From Octopus sinensis (taxonomy: Eukaryota): a DNA stretch of 64,000 nucleotides. Numbering within the stretch: position 1 is the first letter of the stretch; each line of letters starts with the position of its first letter. Of this stretch, positions 13,226 through 24,940 are shown one piece after another. The notes under the pieces were generated by a model that was not told the DNA's origin, searched no databases, and saw nothing but the letters and a program-made list of their open reading frames with translations. The position numbers were made by a program, and so were the translations under genes. The stretch spans positions 27,342,001-27,406,000 of the forward strand of contig NC_043000.1 of NCBI RefSeq assembly GCF_006345805.1. Direction: 5' to 3'.

Positions 13226-13640
13226 AGGCGGCGAGCTGGCAGAAACTTTAGCACGCCGGGCGAAGTGCGTAGCCGTATTTCGTCTGTCGTTACGTTCTGA
13301 TTTCAAATTCTGCCGAGGTCGACTTTGCCTTTCATCCTTTCGGGGTCAATAAATGAAGTACCAGTTTCGCACTGGGGTCGATATAATCGACTTAATCCGT
13401 TTGTCTGTTCTTGTTTGTCCTCTGTGTTTAGCCCCTTGTTGGTAGTAAAGAAACGGGTATTTCGTCTGCCGTTACGTTCTGAGTTCAAATTCCGCCGAGA
13501 TCGACTTTGCATTTCATCCTTTCGGGGTCGATTAAATAAGTACCAGTTACGCACTGGAGTCGATGTAATCGACATAATCCGTTTGTTTGTCCTTGTTTGT
13601 CCCGTCTATGTTTAGCCCCTTGCGGGCAATAAAGAAATAA
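13226..13640 (+). mobile_element. SINE-A with tandemly duplicated 182-bp body
   Basis: GTATTTCGTCTG starts at 13275 and 13457; flanked by 21-bp direct repeat TCTTATACAGT(A/T)TAACTAGTA at 13200-13220 and 13641-13661. Confidence 0.85.
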
Positions 13641-14159
13641 TCTTATACAGTTTAACTAGTAGCACAGTAGTGAAAAGGATGCTGCATTTCACAACGTATT
13701 ACTTAAGTGATGATTTTTCATCGAAGAATGGTACATTGGCGAGCTGTTTAGTATCTACAAAGGACACAATGTAGTAAGTAATTAGTTAAACTCTTTCAAA
13801 ACTCCGAGTCCAAATCATGTTGACATTTTGCCTTAGCCTCCATTTTTCCAAGATCGATATATTATGTAGCGGTTGATTGCTACGTTCGATATAATCGATT
13901 GTATTTTCACCTCAACATATTGGCCTTGTGTAATACGCTAGAAATCATTCTGAAAGACATGAAGATTTCTCCACTCTTTCCTTTGATAATCATGTTAGCG
14001 AAAAGCAACTCACTACAAATGAATGTTTTCTGTTAGAGAAATCCAGGCCACAGACTTTCGTCGAACGATTTTAATATGGCTTTCTAAGCTAAAAATCCGC
14101 ACAGTTACAGGGATAATCTTAAGTAGTTTCTTGTCTTCAGCCCATTTACGAACGTCAAT

Positions 14160-14182
14160 ACGCAGGCACACAAATACACGCT

Positions 14183-14263
<81 letters not shown>

Positions 14264-14610
14264 ACACATACATACACACAAACACACACATGAACGCACG
14301 TGCACACAAGTACACACGGTGAATATTTGCAACCATATTTCTACATGTTAAAAACACATGCACACAGCTAAGACAATATAAGCAGCATTTGTGTGTGTGT
14401 GTGTTTATGTGTGTGTGTGTGTGAGTTAGTGTGTATGTGGGTTCGTGTGCGAGGTGTGTGAGTGTGTGATTAAATGTATGTATACGTAAAATAACTCGTG
14501 TGTTAGTATATATCAATCCAGAGGGGATCAGCTGTTATATCTACTCTGGCAGGCTTTGAAATCCTATTAAGGCACAAAGAGAAAATCCACAGAACGCCAC
14601 ACAAAGATAT

Positions 14611-14703
<93 letters not shown>

Positions 14704-14748
14704 TGCATATGTTTATATATATATATTATATATATATATATATTATAT

Positions 14749-14783
<35 letters not shown>

Positions 14784-14790
14784 TCAGATA
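14160..14790. repeat. (CA)n, (TG)n and (TA)n microsatellite cluster
   Basis: Read directly. Confidence 0.9.
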
Positions 14791-15461
14791 TATGTATATG
14801 TGCGTGCGTAGAGAAAATATAGATTTTTGTTTTGCATTTATATATATATACATACATATACATATATATATAGGGATATTATAATTTATTAGGGTGATAT
14901 GGAATGGCGAAACCATCTCATTGCGGTTGATTATTTACCGTTATCAGCACATGAAGAAATGAAAGACAATAAATATAAACGGCAACGCACAGCTTTTTAG
15001 AAGCGCCTGGCACCATGTTAGGTTGGTATCGATATCAGTAAATAATTGAATGATTTTTAGTTGCCAGGCACGGTTTCCAGAGTCCGATTCTGATGCTTCA
15101 TGCGGCTTTCAGAGATTATTAATCAATATTGATAGTCAGATAAATAAATATGGGTATTAAACAAGCGGGCAATATTAACCAAATATTTTGTCTGGATACG
15201 TCTGCACAATATCAGATAGCATTTAGGTGCATGTCATCTTATGAACCTTCGTTTGGGCGTATAGTCTTTTTTGTACGTCTATGTGCGTTTTTATGCGCGT
15301 TTCTGCATACGTGTCTGCCTGTATAGTATATAGTAGACACACATAGATTTATAAACGCGCGTGCGCACGCACATGTGTGTATATATGTTTGTATATATAT
15401 ACATGTATATATAAATATGTGTGTGTTGATATACTTAGATATATGTATATGTATATGAATA

Positions 15462-15480
<19 letters not shown>

Positions 15481-15496
<16 letters not shown>

Positions 15497-15758
15497 TTGT
15501 ATATAGATGGATAGGTCAATGGTTAAATACATGCAAACATTTACATATATATATACAGTCATACCTACATACATAAATACACACACACACGCATATATAT
15601 ATATACATACAGGCATTATGTATATATATATATATGTGTGTGTGTATGTGTATGTATGTAGGTATGACCGTATGTATATATATATATATATATGTAAATG
15701 TTTGCATGTATTTAACCATTGACCTATCCATCTATATCCAAATATATATATATATATA
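15481..15758. repeat. Fold-back inverted duplication inside a TA/CA-rich tract
   Basis: ORFs 15507+ and 15516- translate nearly identically; loop caggcat at 15610-15616. Confidence 0.9.
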
Positions 15759-15866
15759 TTATATATATATATATACAGTCATAGCTCCATACATATATAC
15801 ACACACATATCTGTATATCTATCTATATATCTCTCTGACTGTCTATCTATCATTATCTGTCCATCA

Positions 15867-15929
<63 letters not shown>

Positions 15930-16589
15930 ATATATATGTATGTATGTATATATATATATATATATATATGGATTTACCTTATACTTACATATCATTTTAC
16001 ATAGCGTATATGCATATTTGTGCTCGTATGCTTATAGGTATGTGTTGGCATATGCTTGTGTATGACTTGTTAAATAATTTCCTCTAACATACATTTGTGT
16101 ATGTACCACTTACCTCCACGTCTCCATATTCTGATAGGTTTAAGCACGAATATCTCTAATAGAGAGTATATAAATGGATATTGGATGGAATGATTGAAAG
16201 TATGAATGGATACTTGTAGATAGAATGTTCTGTGCATGTCTATTTTATTATATGTGATATTAAAATTGAGATCATATTATCTATGAGAAGCGATCGGCCA
16301 ATTCTGACGTCAGCCGAATTCGATGATACAAGACTAAGAATAAATTTATCCTAGTAACATTGGTAATAATTGGAGATAGTTCTATCCATCAACGTCCACC
16401 AGTTTTAATAAGAACCAGCGTCATCTATCAATGCAAACAGACAATTACACATAGGCCTAAATGTCTTCGCAAATACCATATGTCGACGTATACACACAGA
16501 TACGTATATATACACACACGCACACTCATACACACACAAACACTCCCACGCACACACACATAATGTATCTATATACATATATGCCCATA

Positions 16590-16596
16590 ATATAAT

Positions 16597-16627
<31 letters not shown>

Positions 16628-16636
16628 GTATGTATG

Positions 16637-16691
<55 letters not shown>

Positions 16692-17027
16692 ATGTATGTA
16701 TGTATACGCATGCAAGTATGAAATTGGGTATATTATATTTCACTCTCATAGGGATTTTTTCAGTAGGAATGTCGGATAAAATATTTCCTGTCATGCTCAT
16801 ATTTGCTTGCTTACGTGATATTTAACAATTGTCTCTCGATCGGTCTTCAAACTGTATCGGCAAATTTTAACATATGCAATTAAATTGGTGTGCAGTGTGT
16901 ATGCATGTGTTTAAAAGTACTTTCAAGAGTAGACATATATGTCTATGTATGACTATGTATGTGGGTATCTGTCTACCTATCCACATACTCATACACACAC
17001 ACATATATATATATTCATATGTATATA

Positions 17028-17074
<47 letters not shown>

Positions 17075-17102
17075 GTATATATATACATATATATTTACAT
17101 AC

Positions 17103-17151
<49 letters not shown>

Positions 17152-17250
17152 CATCACACACGCACACATATATATACACATACGCACACACACTGGCGCA
17201 TGCATATATATATCTATATCTCTCTCTCTATATATATATATATACATGTT
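16590..17250. repeat. (TA)n/(TG)n/(CA)n microsatellite clusters
   Basis: Read directly (16590-16710 and 16985-17250). Confidence 0.9.
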
Positions 17251-17665
17251 GTTGTGCGAGCGTGTACGCATGCGTGCGCATATATGTTAATTTATATATG
17301 CGCATGATGCATTGCACTTTATATGAAATCTATGGGACTTCAGCTGATAAGGCGTAATAACGCATACGGGACTTGAAGTGACGCTGTAGATGGGGGAAAT
17401 ACGGACCAGTTTCAATCTTTCCATTGTGATCCGATGATCGACAGAGTGTTTAACCGTTGGAAGGGATTTTTTAATATATCCAGCAGTAATAAAAATTTTG
17501 CGAACAAGTACAGCACTTTCAGTCCTTCTATTTCTTTTCCTTTCTATAAAGGCTCTGCATGAAAGACCAGCAATTTACATATGGTTACTCGCAGATTGTT
17601 GGCTAAACATCCATAGAGCTATTCTCATATTTACCGTAATTTCATAAGACTTGCATGCAATATAT

Positions 17666-17850
17666 GTTTCAAATTTTTGCACAGAGCAACCAATTTCGGA
17701 GAGAGGGGCTGAGTCGATAACATCGACCCCAGTGTCCAATTGGTACTTATGTTATCGACCCCGAAAGGATGAAAGGCAAACTTGGGACGGAAAGTGGATG
17801 AGATGCAGCGAAGCATTTTTCTGGCATGATAACGATTCTTCCAGCTACCC
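17666..17850 (-). mobile_element. SINE-A variant, degenerate
   Basis: Contains tcgaccccgaaaggatgaaaggcaaa central segment. Confidence 0.7.
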
Positions 17851-18787
17851 TTTTTAAACTTGTCTGTAATATTGACATGGCCAAATATTCATACGTTAAC
17901 GCATACTTGACTACTATTTCTTTAATATAAAACTTGCCTGTAAAATATTACAAAACTAATCGCGAAGACTAAGTTAACGCATGCAAATCCGTTTGTTCTA
18001 TTTATATGATCATCTGATATTGATATATTAACAACTTTTCGGTGGCCAGTTAATGATATTAACATCTCTGTAAAAGGAGACATTATATTTTGGAAAAAAA
18101 CAGAAGTTGTTTACTTATGTCAATTCAGAATATTATAAAAATTCTATAGAGTAATTTTGTTTTTTTTATCATCGTAGCATTAGAAAAAAATTCAACATAG
18201 ACAAGCAAGCTGTATAATTTACGCCACAAACTATTAAATTGGACTGAAAAGCAAAATACATTCACATCAGTTGTATTTGCAAAACGAAGCCATCACAAGT
18301 CGTTATAGTTCTTTATAAAACATATTGCCGGACAGAAAACCAGTAATTGAGAGTACGACAATTTTCTATATGATTTCGCAAAGTGTAAGAACGTCTATTA
18401 AAGAAACTACTATTTTCAAAATGCAGACTAAATTAAACAGAGAGGCACAGGAGACATAAAATAGATCCTCAAATATAAGATAACTTACAAATTCGTAATG
18501 TTCAATCTGGTCTTAAGAATAATTTTCCCAAGATCTTTGAAACTTAGTGTAAAGCGAGTGAGAATCGTGGCATTATTAGAATCACTTTAGTTTGAAAATA
18601 TATGGCGTCGAAATATTTGCAAATAATTGATTTTGGAAAGTAATTTTTCGATGTTTAACTAAAGACCAATAAACATCTTCATGATCAAGCTTCTATACAG
18701 AGTTATCCTTTAAACATACATACATACATAATACATACAGGCATACATATATCCACGCATACATACATAGATATGTCTATCTATCTG

Positions 18788-18860
<73 letters not shown>

Positions 18861-18861
18861 A

Positions 18862-19020
18862 TTCTTTCTTTCTCTTTATTCTTTTATTTGTTTCCGTTAT
18901 ATGACTGCGGTCAGGCTGGAGCACTGCCTTTAGTCGAACAAATCGACCCCAGATCTTATTCTTTATAAGCCTAGTACTTATTCTATTGGAGCTTTTCGCC
19001 GAACCTCTAAGATACGTAAC
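18862..19020 (-). mobile_element. SINE-B 3' half
   Basis: Reverse complement of the 10690-10825 region; flanked by (CTAT)n and (CATA)n. Confidence 0.75.
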
Positions 19021-19264
19021 ATACATAGATACATACATACATACATGCATACATACATACATACATACACACATACATACATGCATACATGCATACATAC
19101 ATGCATACATACATACATACATACGTACATACATACATGCATACATATATATATATCTTTAATACTATCAGAGTAATAAAGATTTTAGAAATGTTTACTA
19201 CCAGTGGCCTGGCGTATAGAAGAATTAGTCAATAGACTATATATTATTCATATAAAATACAGTG

Positions 19265-19517
19265 TACATTAAAACACATTAAGAGGCTTCCATCATAGGA
19301 ATCCTTTATGCTAGAAAGGGCAGTTGAAGTCCAAACCACTGATTAGGGATAAATTCGCGAATGGAATGAAAAATAAAAAACATAGATGGTAAATGTTTTT
19401 ATTTTTTATTTTACATTCCCTTGGAGAATTTATCCCTAATTAGTGGTTTGGACTTTAACTATTCTTTCTAGCATAAAGGATTCCTATGGTGGAAGCATCT
19501 TAATGTATTTTAATGTA
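19265..19517. mobile_element. Palindromic MITE (Tc1/mariner-like)
   Basis: ~120-bp imperfect inverted arms, loop agatggtaa at 19384-19392; TA-rich ends, preceded by TACAGTG. Confidence 0.7.
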
Positions 19518-19835
19518 TATATATATATATATATATATAGATATATATATGTCAAGCGGTGAGCGGTACAAACGCAGACTTAGAGAGACACAAGACACGC
19601 ACATGCACACACATGCAGTCCCCCCACACACGCCCACACACGCACGCAAACACATACAAACAAACACATACACATACATAACATAATCACCCACGCGTAC
19701 ACACACAAACACAAGCGCACGCACACACACTCACACAAGTGTGTGTGTGTACAACGCGACTCCATACATCTTCTGTCTTGCAGATTCACTAACAAGGTTT
19801 TGATCAGCTCAAAGCCACTGTACAAGACGCTTGAC

Positions 19836-20130
19836 CAAGACTGGCCAACTCGAATTACATTGCGGGGCACTTTAATCGCAAAACATTTTTTGAGGGTCGC
19901 TTGTATACTGCCAAAATTGAAATCATTTTGCTTTTTCATGCTATTACTACAATAATGAATGAATGGTCGTTGATTCAACATGATAACAGTAGTATCTTCC
20001 TTTTTGACTTTTCCTTATAATCTTCAGTTTTAGATAGAATATTTGTTTAAATAAGCCCTTATCAAGAAAAAATCCACCGGGCCGCAAACTAGAAGTCGGC
20101 GGCCCGCAGGCCTCAGGTTAGCCAGTTCTG
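19836..20130. mobile_element. Probable hAT MITE
   Basis: TIR-like CAAGACTGGCCAACT / AGGTTAGCCAGTTCTG; subterminal GGCCCGC motifs; 6/8 TSD match (cgcttgac/caattgac). Confidence 0.5.
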
Positions 20131-20880
20131 CAATTGACCAAAGTACTGCTCACTAGTTCTCAATCAGAAACAATGAATACATGTATTACATTCTCAATAA
20201 AAATTCATTTAGGATCTGAAATGCTGATAACAAACTACCAGAATCAGCCTCACTGCACGATTCTCCATCAACTGAATTATCAATCCTTGTACGTAGTTCT
20301 GCAACATTGTATTTGTGAAGTAATAAAACACTCTGTACACACAAAATGGCTGTTATCAAAAATATGCCTGAGTGGTTAATGTTATTGATATGATTGTATG
20401 ACGGTTAGTTTTATGTTCGCTGAAATTAAACTATTTCTTTCAACAATATCCGGTGTTTCACATCATTCAATGTGTCATTGCAATTAAAAATAGAACTATC
20501 AAGTAAAAATTGTAGAGATATTGAAGCCACAAATGAAGCCGCAGAGTCAATGTTATTCCTGCATTGACAGCATGTCGATATGGAAATATATCAGCAAACT
20601 AATATTACGTAATAAAAAAAAAGGAAATAAGGTAGCCATGTCAAAATCGACATATTGAAGCAGTACAACTGTTGTAAGTGGACACAATATCAGGCACCGA
20701 TAAAAAGAAGAAAAGTATGAGATATTGAAATGGTACATAGAATGTACCATATAATTTTTAACATATATATATTCCTTATTCAAGCTTTCCCCGATGTACT
20801 TGTTTGAAGTATTATACATGGATTGCCATTTTAAACTAATACTGCTTTTATTGTACATAACGAATATATATGAATATATA

Positions 20881-21965
20881 TCTACTATATATGTTGAAAA
20901 TCGGTGTGCGTTTGTTTGTAGCGTATTTAGCTAACTCCTACATCGTTTTATTGATTTTGATGAAACTTGCCAAGTGAGTAGAACTAATTTCTGGAAAACT
21001 CGTGACATACTTAGATTGTTGAAAAAATTGATAATACGGCCCTGGAAGGGACCTTCATATCTACGTCATATAACTAATTTTTTAAACACCCAAGAGAAAT
21101 AACCCATAGTATTTGTACAATATTTTTAAACGCTTAGGGGAAATAACCCATTTCATTGTTTATGTTCGATTACTTTGAATATTGATTTTTTGTGTGTCCT
21201 ATTTCTAATTTTTGCAGACAATATCACTTTTATACTTTATTTCACACGTGAGTAGGACTCATGTCTGGAAAGCTCGTGACATGCTTAGATTGTTGAAAAA
21301 ACAATTGATAATAGTGCCCTTGCAATGGATCCTTCTATCTTCTACATATTACTAATATTATATTTAAACAACCCAAGGGAAAGAACCAATACCACCTGCA
21401 GATTTTTGCGAAACGATCAATATCTGATTCTCACGATCAGCCAACATCATTCTGCATTTCATTACTCACCTTCATACATTTCTATACATACATACTTTTT
21501 TTAAATGATCATTACTCCGATAATTCTGCATTTTTACATTTACACATTTTCCATGAACGTATTTGTAGTGGCTTCATGCACGCATAGCGTGGATTCGATC
21601 TTCGATTGCCAAATTCCACTTAACACTTTAACAGCGTATTTTCACGGCAAGACAATAGCTTTTCTGTGAATGACAAGTTATACATTTCCCAGATTCCTTC
21701 GCTAAGAAGAATAATCTCTTTGCCTCTCGCCAACCTCCGATAAACTCTCTCACCAACTTCAGACAATCTTTGTCGCCAACCTTCGAAAAGCTTTCTCACC
21801 AACATTCAACAATCTCTCCTTCCTCCAGCTGACAGTTTTATGTACTTTTTCGTGATAGAAAATAATCTTTTTTGGCAGTTATAACGAAATTTATTTCTTA
21901 TATCAGAGAAATAAAGCATTTCAATAGAACATCTTTACGCCCAGGAACTACCGGGTACATCGGCT

Positions 21966-21967
<2 letters not shown>
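20881..21967 (+). mobile_element. Non-autonomous Helitron-type element with internal direct repeat
   Basis: 5' TCTACTATATAT...TTTGTTTGT; 3' GCCCAGG..CCGGGT hairpin plus CTTG|T; ~130-bp imperfect direct repeat near 20990 and 21265. Confidence 0.65.
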
Positions 21968-22038
<71 letters not shown>

Positions 22039-22042
22039 CTAG

Positions 22043-22148
22043 GTACTTGCTTCGAAAGTACATATACTAAAAATTGGAACGATACAGAGAAGAATAACAT
22101 GGCCCCTGCGGGAGAATGACGCGCAAATTCGTGAAGCGTTCCATATTT
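22043..22148 (+). pseudogene. U6: U6 snRNA retropseudogene, full length
   Basis: GTACTTGCTTCG...CATATACTAAAAATTGGAACGATACAGAGAAG...GAAGCGTTCCATATTT; ACAGAGA box at 22084-22090; about 9 differences from canonical U6 as recalled, including catalytic AGC to AAC; no upstream promoter. Confidence 0.95.
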
Positions 22149-22220
22149 CTCTAGCCAGGTGGTGCTAACTTAATACACATGGCCTGGGCCAATACTGGCC
22201 AAAATACTGGCTAAGTTTTA
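22149..22220 (+). mobile_element. CR1 3' tail fused to U6
   Basis: CAGGTGGTGCTA..ACATGGCCTGGGCCAAT..TGGCC.AAA..CTAAGTTTTA matches the CR1 terminus at 42721-42790 (reverse complement). Confidence 0.8.
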
Positions 22221-22234
22221 TATGTATATATATA

Positions 22235-22278
<44 letters not shown>

Positions 22279-22282
22279 TATA

Positions 22283-22483
22283 GTTCATCCAAACATGAAC
22301 AAGAACGAAAAAACATCGCGAGAAATAAGCACGTGGAATAAGCAGTCTTATTGGACACTCAGGAAAGGATAGAAAAGAAAGATCATTGCACGTTTTGAGC
22401 GGAGCTTCTCATCAGAAATACAGAAAAAGTCCCAAAAAGGGAAGACGGAGAAACAAAATCGCCAACGATACACACGCAGTCAC
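22283..22483 (-). mobile_element. Family P1 short element with degenerate hammerhead
   Basis: Minus strand TTT-CTGATGA-GAAGC-TCC-GCTC-AAAAC-GTG at ~22386-22420. Confidence 0.65.
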
Positions 22484-22790
22484 GAGCCATTGTGCCCGAG
22501 ATATGACTAAAAGACTTCAGCAGTTGGTGCTTTTAAGTTAGATATGGGTTGGGCCTATAATGGCCCAAAGCTTAGCAAATTATATATATATATATATGTA
22601 TATATGTATGAATATATACACATACACAGACATATATATATATATATATATTATAATGTGCATAATATATATATATATATATCAGGATTTTGAGACCCAG
22701 TCGCAGTACCTGGCCCGCCTGTTAAGGCATCAAGTATACCTCCAACCCTTTTCCAAACACATACATATATATATCTTTATATAGAATATA

Positions 22791-22869
22791 GACTTAATCT
22801 TTGTAAGCCTAGTACTTATAACGGCCTCATTTGCCGAACCGCGAGCTTAGGGGGACAAACACAGACATA
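22791..22869 (-). mobile_element. SINE-B fragment
   Basis: tttgtaagcctagtactta...gccgaaccgc matches SINE-B 3' half. Confidence 0.6.
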
Positions 22870-22897
22870 ATTACATACATACATGCATATATATATA

Positions 22898-23145
22898 TAA
22901 AACTTAGATAAAACTTAGATATGTTTCGACCAGAGATTGGTCCAGGCCATGTCTAACTTAATAGCACCACCTGATAGGATTATTCGAATCCTGTTTAAGT
23001 CAAGTTTTGTTCAAGTAGTGAGTTCTTGTCGGGTGAGTTGTATCCAATTATGGGTGGCTTATCTGGTATTCTTTGAAGGAATCTATCCAGACTCTGTTTG
23101 AAGTTGATGGGATCTTTTTCCTCTTTGATCTCCCTCGGGACAATG

Positions 23146-23149
<4 letters not shown>
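22898..23149 (-). mobile_element. 5'-truncated CR1 LINE (3' 250 bp) in (TA)n
   Basis: Near-identical to 42721-43005; (TA)n on both sides; terminal TCTAAGTTTTA unit doubled. Confidence 0.9.
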
Positions 23150-23195
<46 letters not shown>

Positions 23196-23618
23196 AATTG
23201 AGATAGGGGTTGTAAATGCAACCCTCTATGGGATAACGTATATTCAATATACTGCTAGGGAAGTACCCAACAAAGTTAATACATAAATGTTAATGATTGC
23301 GATGCAATCAATTCATTTACTGTATTATATGGGCAAAGGTAAAGTGATTTACCACAAATTACTAATACAAGATAAGAAAATGGAGAAATACATCTAAATC
23401 AAATATCAATTACCAGATAATACTCAATCACATACCTTATTAAACCACCACATAAGAGACTGTAGGGTTAAATATAAAAAGCAAAAGCAGAACAAATCAG
23501 TGTACATAAAAGAATGTACATGTAAAAGTGTACATAAAAGAGTGATGTTGTATAATAATTAGAATATATATAAAAAAGAATATAAATACAAGTAAATATA
23601 AATATAAGTATACATTAG

Positions 23619-23745
23619 ATCTTACAGCTGTTTCGGCCATGTCGATAATTTTGTCTCATTTTACCAATATTAGCCCTTTATGGTTGGTCAATATATAGAT
23701 ATAAATGTGACATTAACAAAAATATCACAAGGCCTCTTCGGAGAT
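23619..23745 (-). ncRNA. Minimal hammerhead motif with long extended stem II
   Basis: ATCT-CCGAAGA-GGCC[92 nt]GGCC-GAAAC-AGCT-GTA-AGAT; the insert pairs as TGTGATA.TTTTGT / ACAAAA.TATC.ACA. Confidence 0.65.
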
Positions 23746-23980
23746 TATGTAATATAACACAGTCTACACATATACCCATATGGGTGTGGGTGTGTACCCA
23801 CAATGCAACATATATATATATGCATATGAGTGCATATACTCACACTCCTATACACATAAAAAATATACATATACATAATGATATTAATAAAAAATATAAA
23901 TTAGTAAACATATATATGTGTTCCACACCCAATGTCTCAGTTTTTCGACTTAATATTGTGATAATAAAGATACACAAATT

Positions 23981-24142
23981 AATACCTAGATGTAAATATA
24001 CATAGTCAATAGTACATTATATTACTTCAATATATCGTCATTATATTGACAACGATAATGATACTAACTTTAATGACACTTTGGAAACTATTATGAAGTA
24101 ATATGATGTACTATTGACTATGTATATTTACATCTAGGTATT
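23981..24142. repeat. Inverted repeat, 49-bp arms, 64-bp spacer
   Basis: Arms 23981-24029 and 24094-24142 with one mismatch. Confidence 0.85.
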
Positions 24143-24256
24143 TACATCTACTATATTTACATCTAGTTTTTCATTGTATAATTTGCCTAATAGTGGTTTT
24201 ATATCTAATTTAATATTATATATATATATATATATATATGTACATACAGGAGCATG

Positions 24257-24458
24257 TGCGGGAGCGTGGTGAAAAATTCCGGGCGTTAAGAGTATTACGA
24301 AAGACCGTATTGAAGGGCTTATAAAAATAAAGTACTGCTGAAATAATTGTGTAAATTTGAGAGGGGAGTATGTTGGATTAAATCATAATTAACTGATCCT
24401 CCTGTATTTATTTTTATTCCCAAAGCCAGAAACTTTTCAGCCCACCTCCCTTCGTGTA
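24257..24458. mobile_element. Mariner-derived MITE, degenerate
   Basis: TIR-like GGTGAAAAATTCCGGGCGTT / AAAGCCAGAAACTTTTCAGCCCACCTCCCTTCGT. Confidence 0.5.
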
Positions 24459-24668
24459 CATGAATTTCGTATAATGCGTTTATGGTCGCATGTATGTATG
24501 GCGTTCTATAATGGTATTCTTTATAAATTAAAATACCGGTATTACAGGCTGGAATATCTTTGAACATAATTCTGCTCATTCAGAGTTGGCAGGCAGCTAA
24601 ACAGCATCGATTATACCTTACAAAGTTTTATACACTTATTCATCGTATAGTTATTCAATGTACTGATA

Positions 24669-24715
<47 letters not shown>

Positions 24716-24940
24716 CACACACACACACACAAACACTCACACAAACACACAGATACAGGTACACACACAAACACACACACACACACAGAGGTGCACACAC
24801 AAACACACACACACACGCAGGTACACACACAAACACACACACGCAGGTACACACACAAACAGGCACATACGCAGGTACACACACAAACACACACACACGG
24901 AGGTACACTCAGAAGCATACACACACACGTAGGTACACAC
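24669..24940. repeat. (CA)n-derived minisatellite with recurring CAGGTACACACACAAAC unit
   Basis: Read directly. Confidence 0.9.

Noticed and set aside
13275-13640. CRISPR-like or satellite array
   Set aside because: Eukaryotic SINE body duplication with no repeat-spacer structure; no CRISPR features anywhere in the window.
22043-22148. Functional U6 gene
   Set aside because: The catalytic AGC triad is mutated, upstream DNA is (TA)n plus a Helitron end, and there is no clean terminator.
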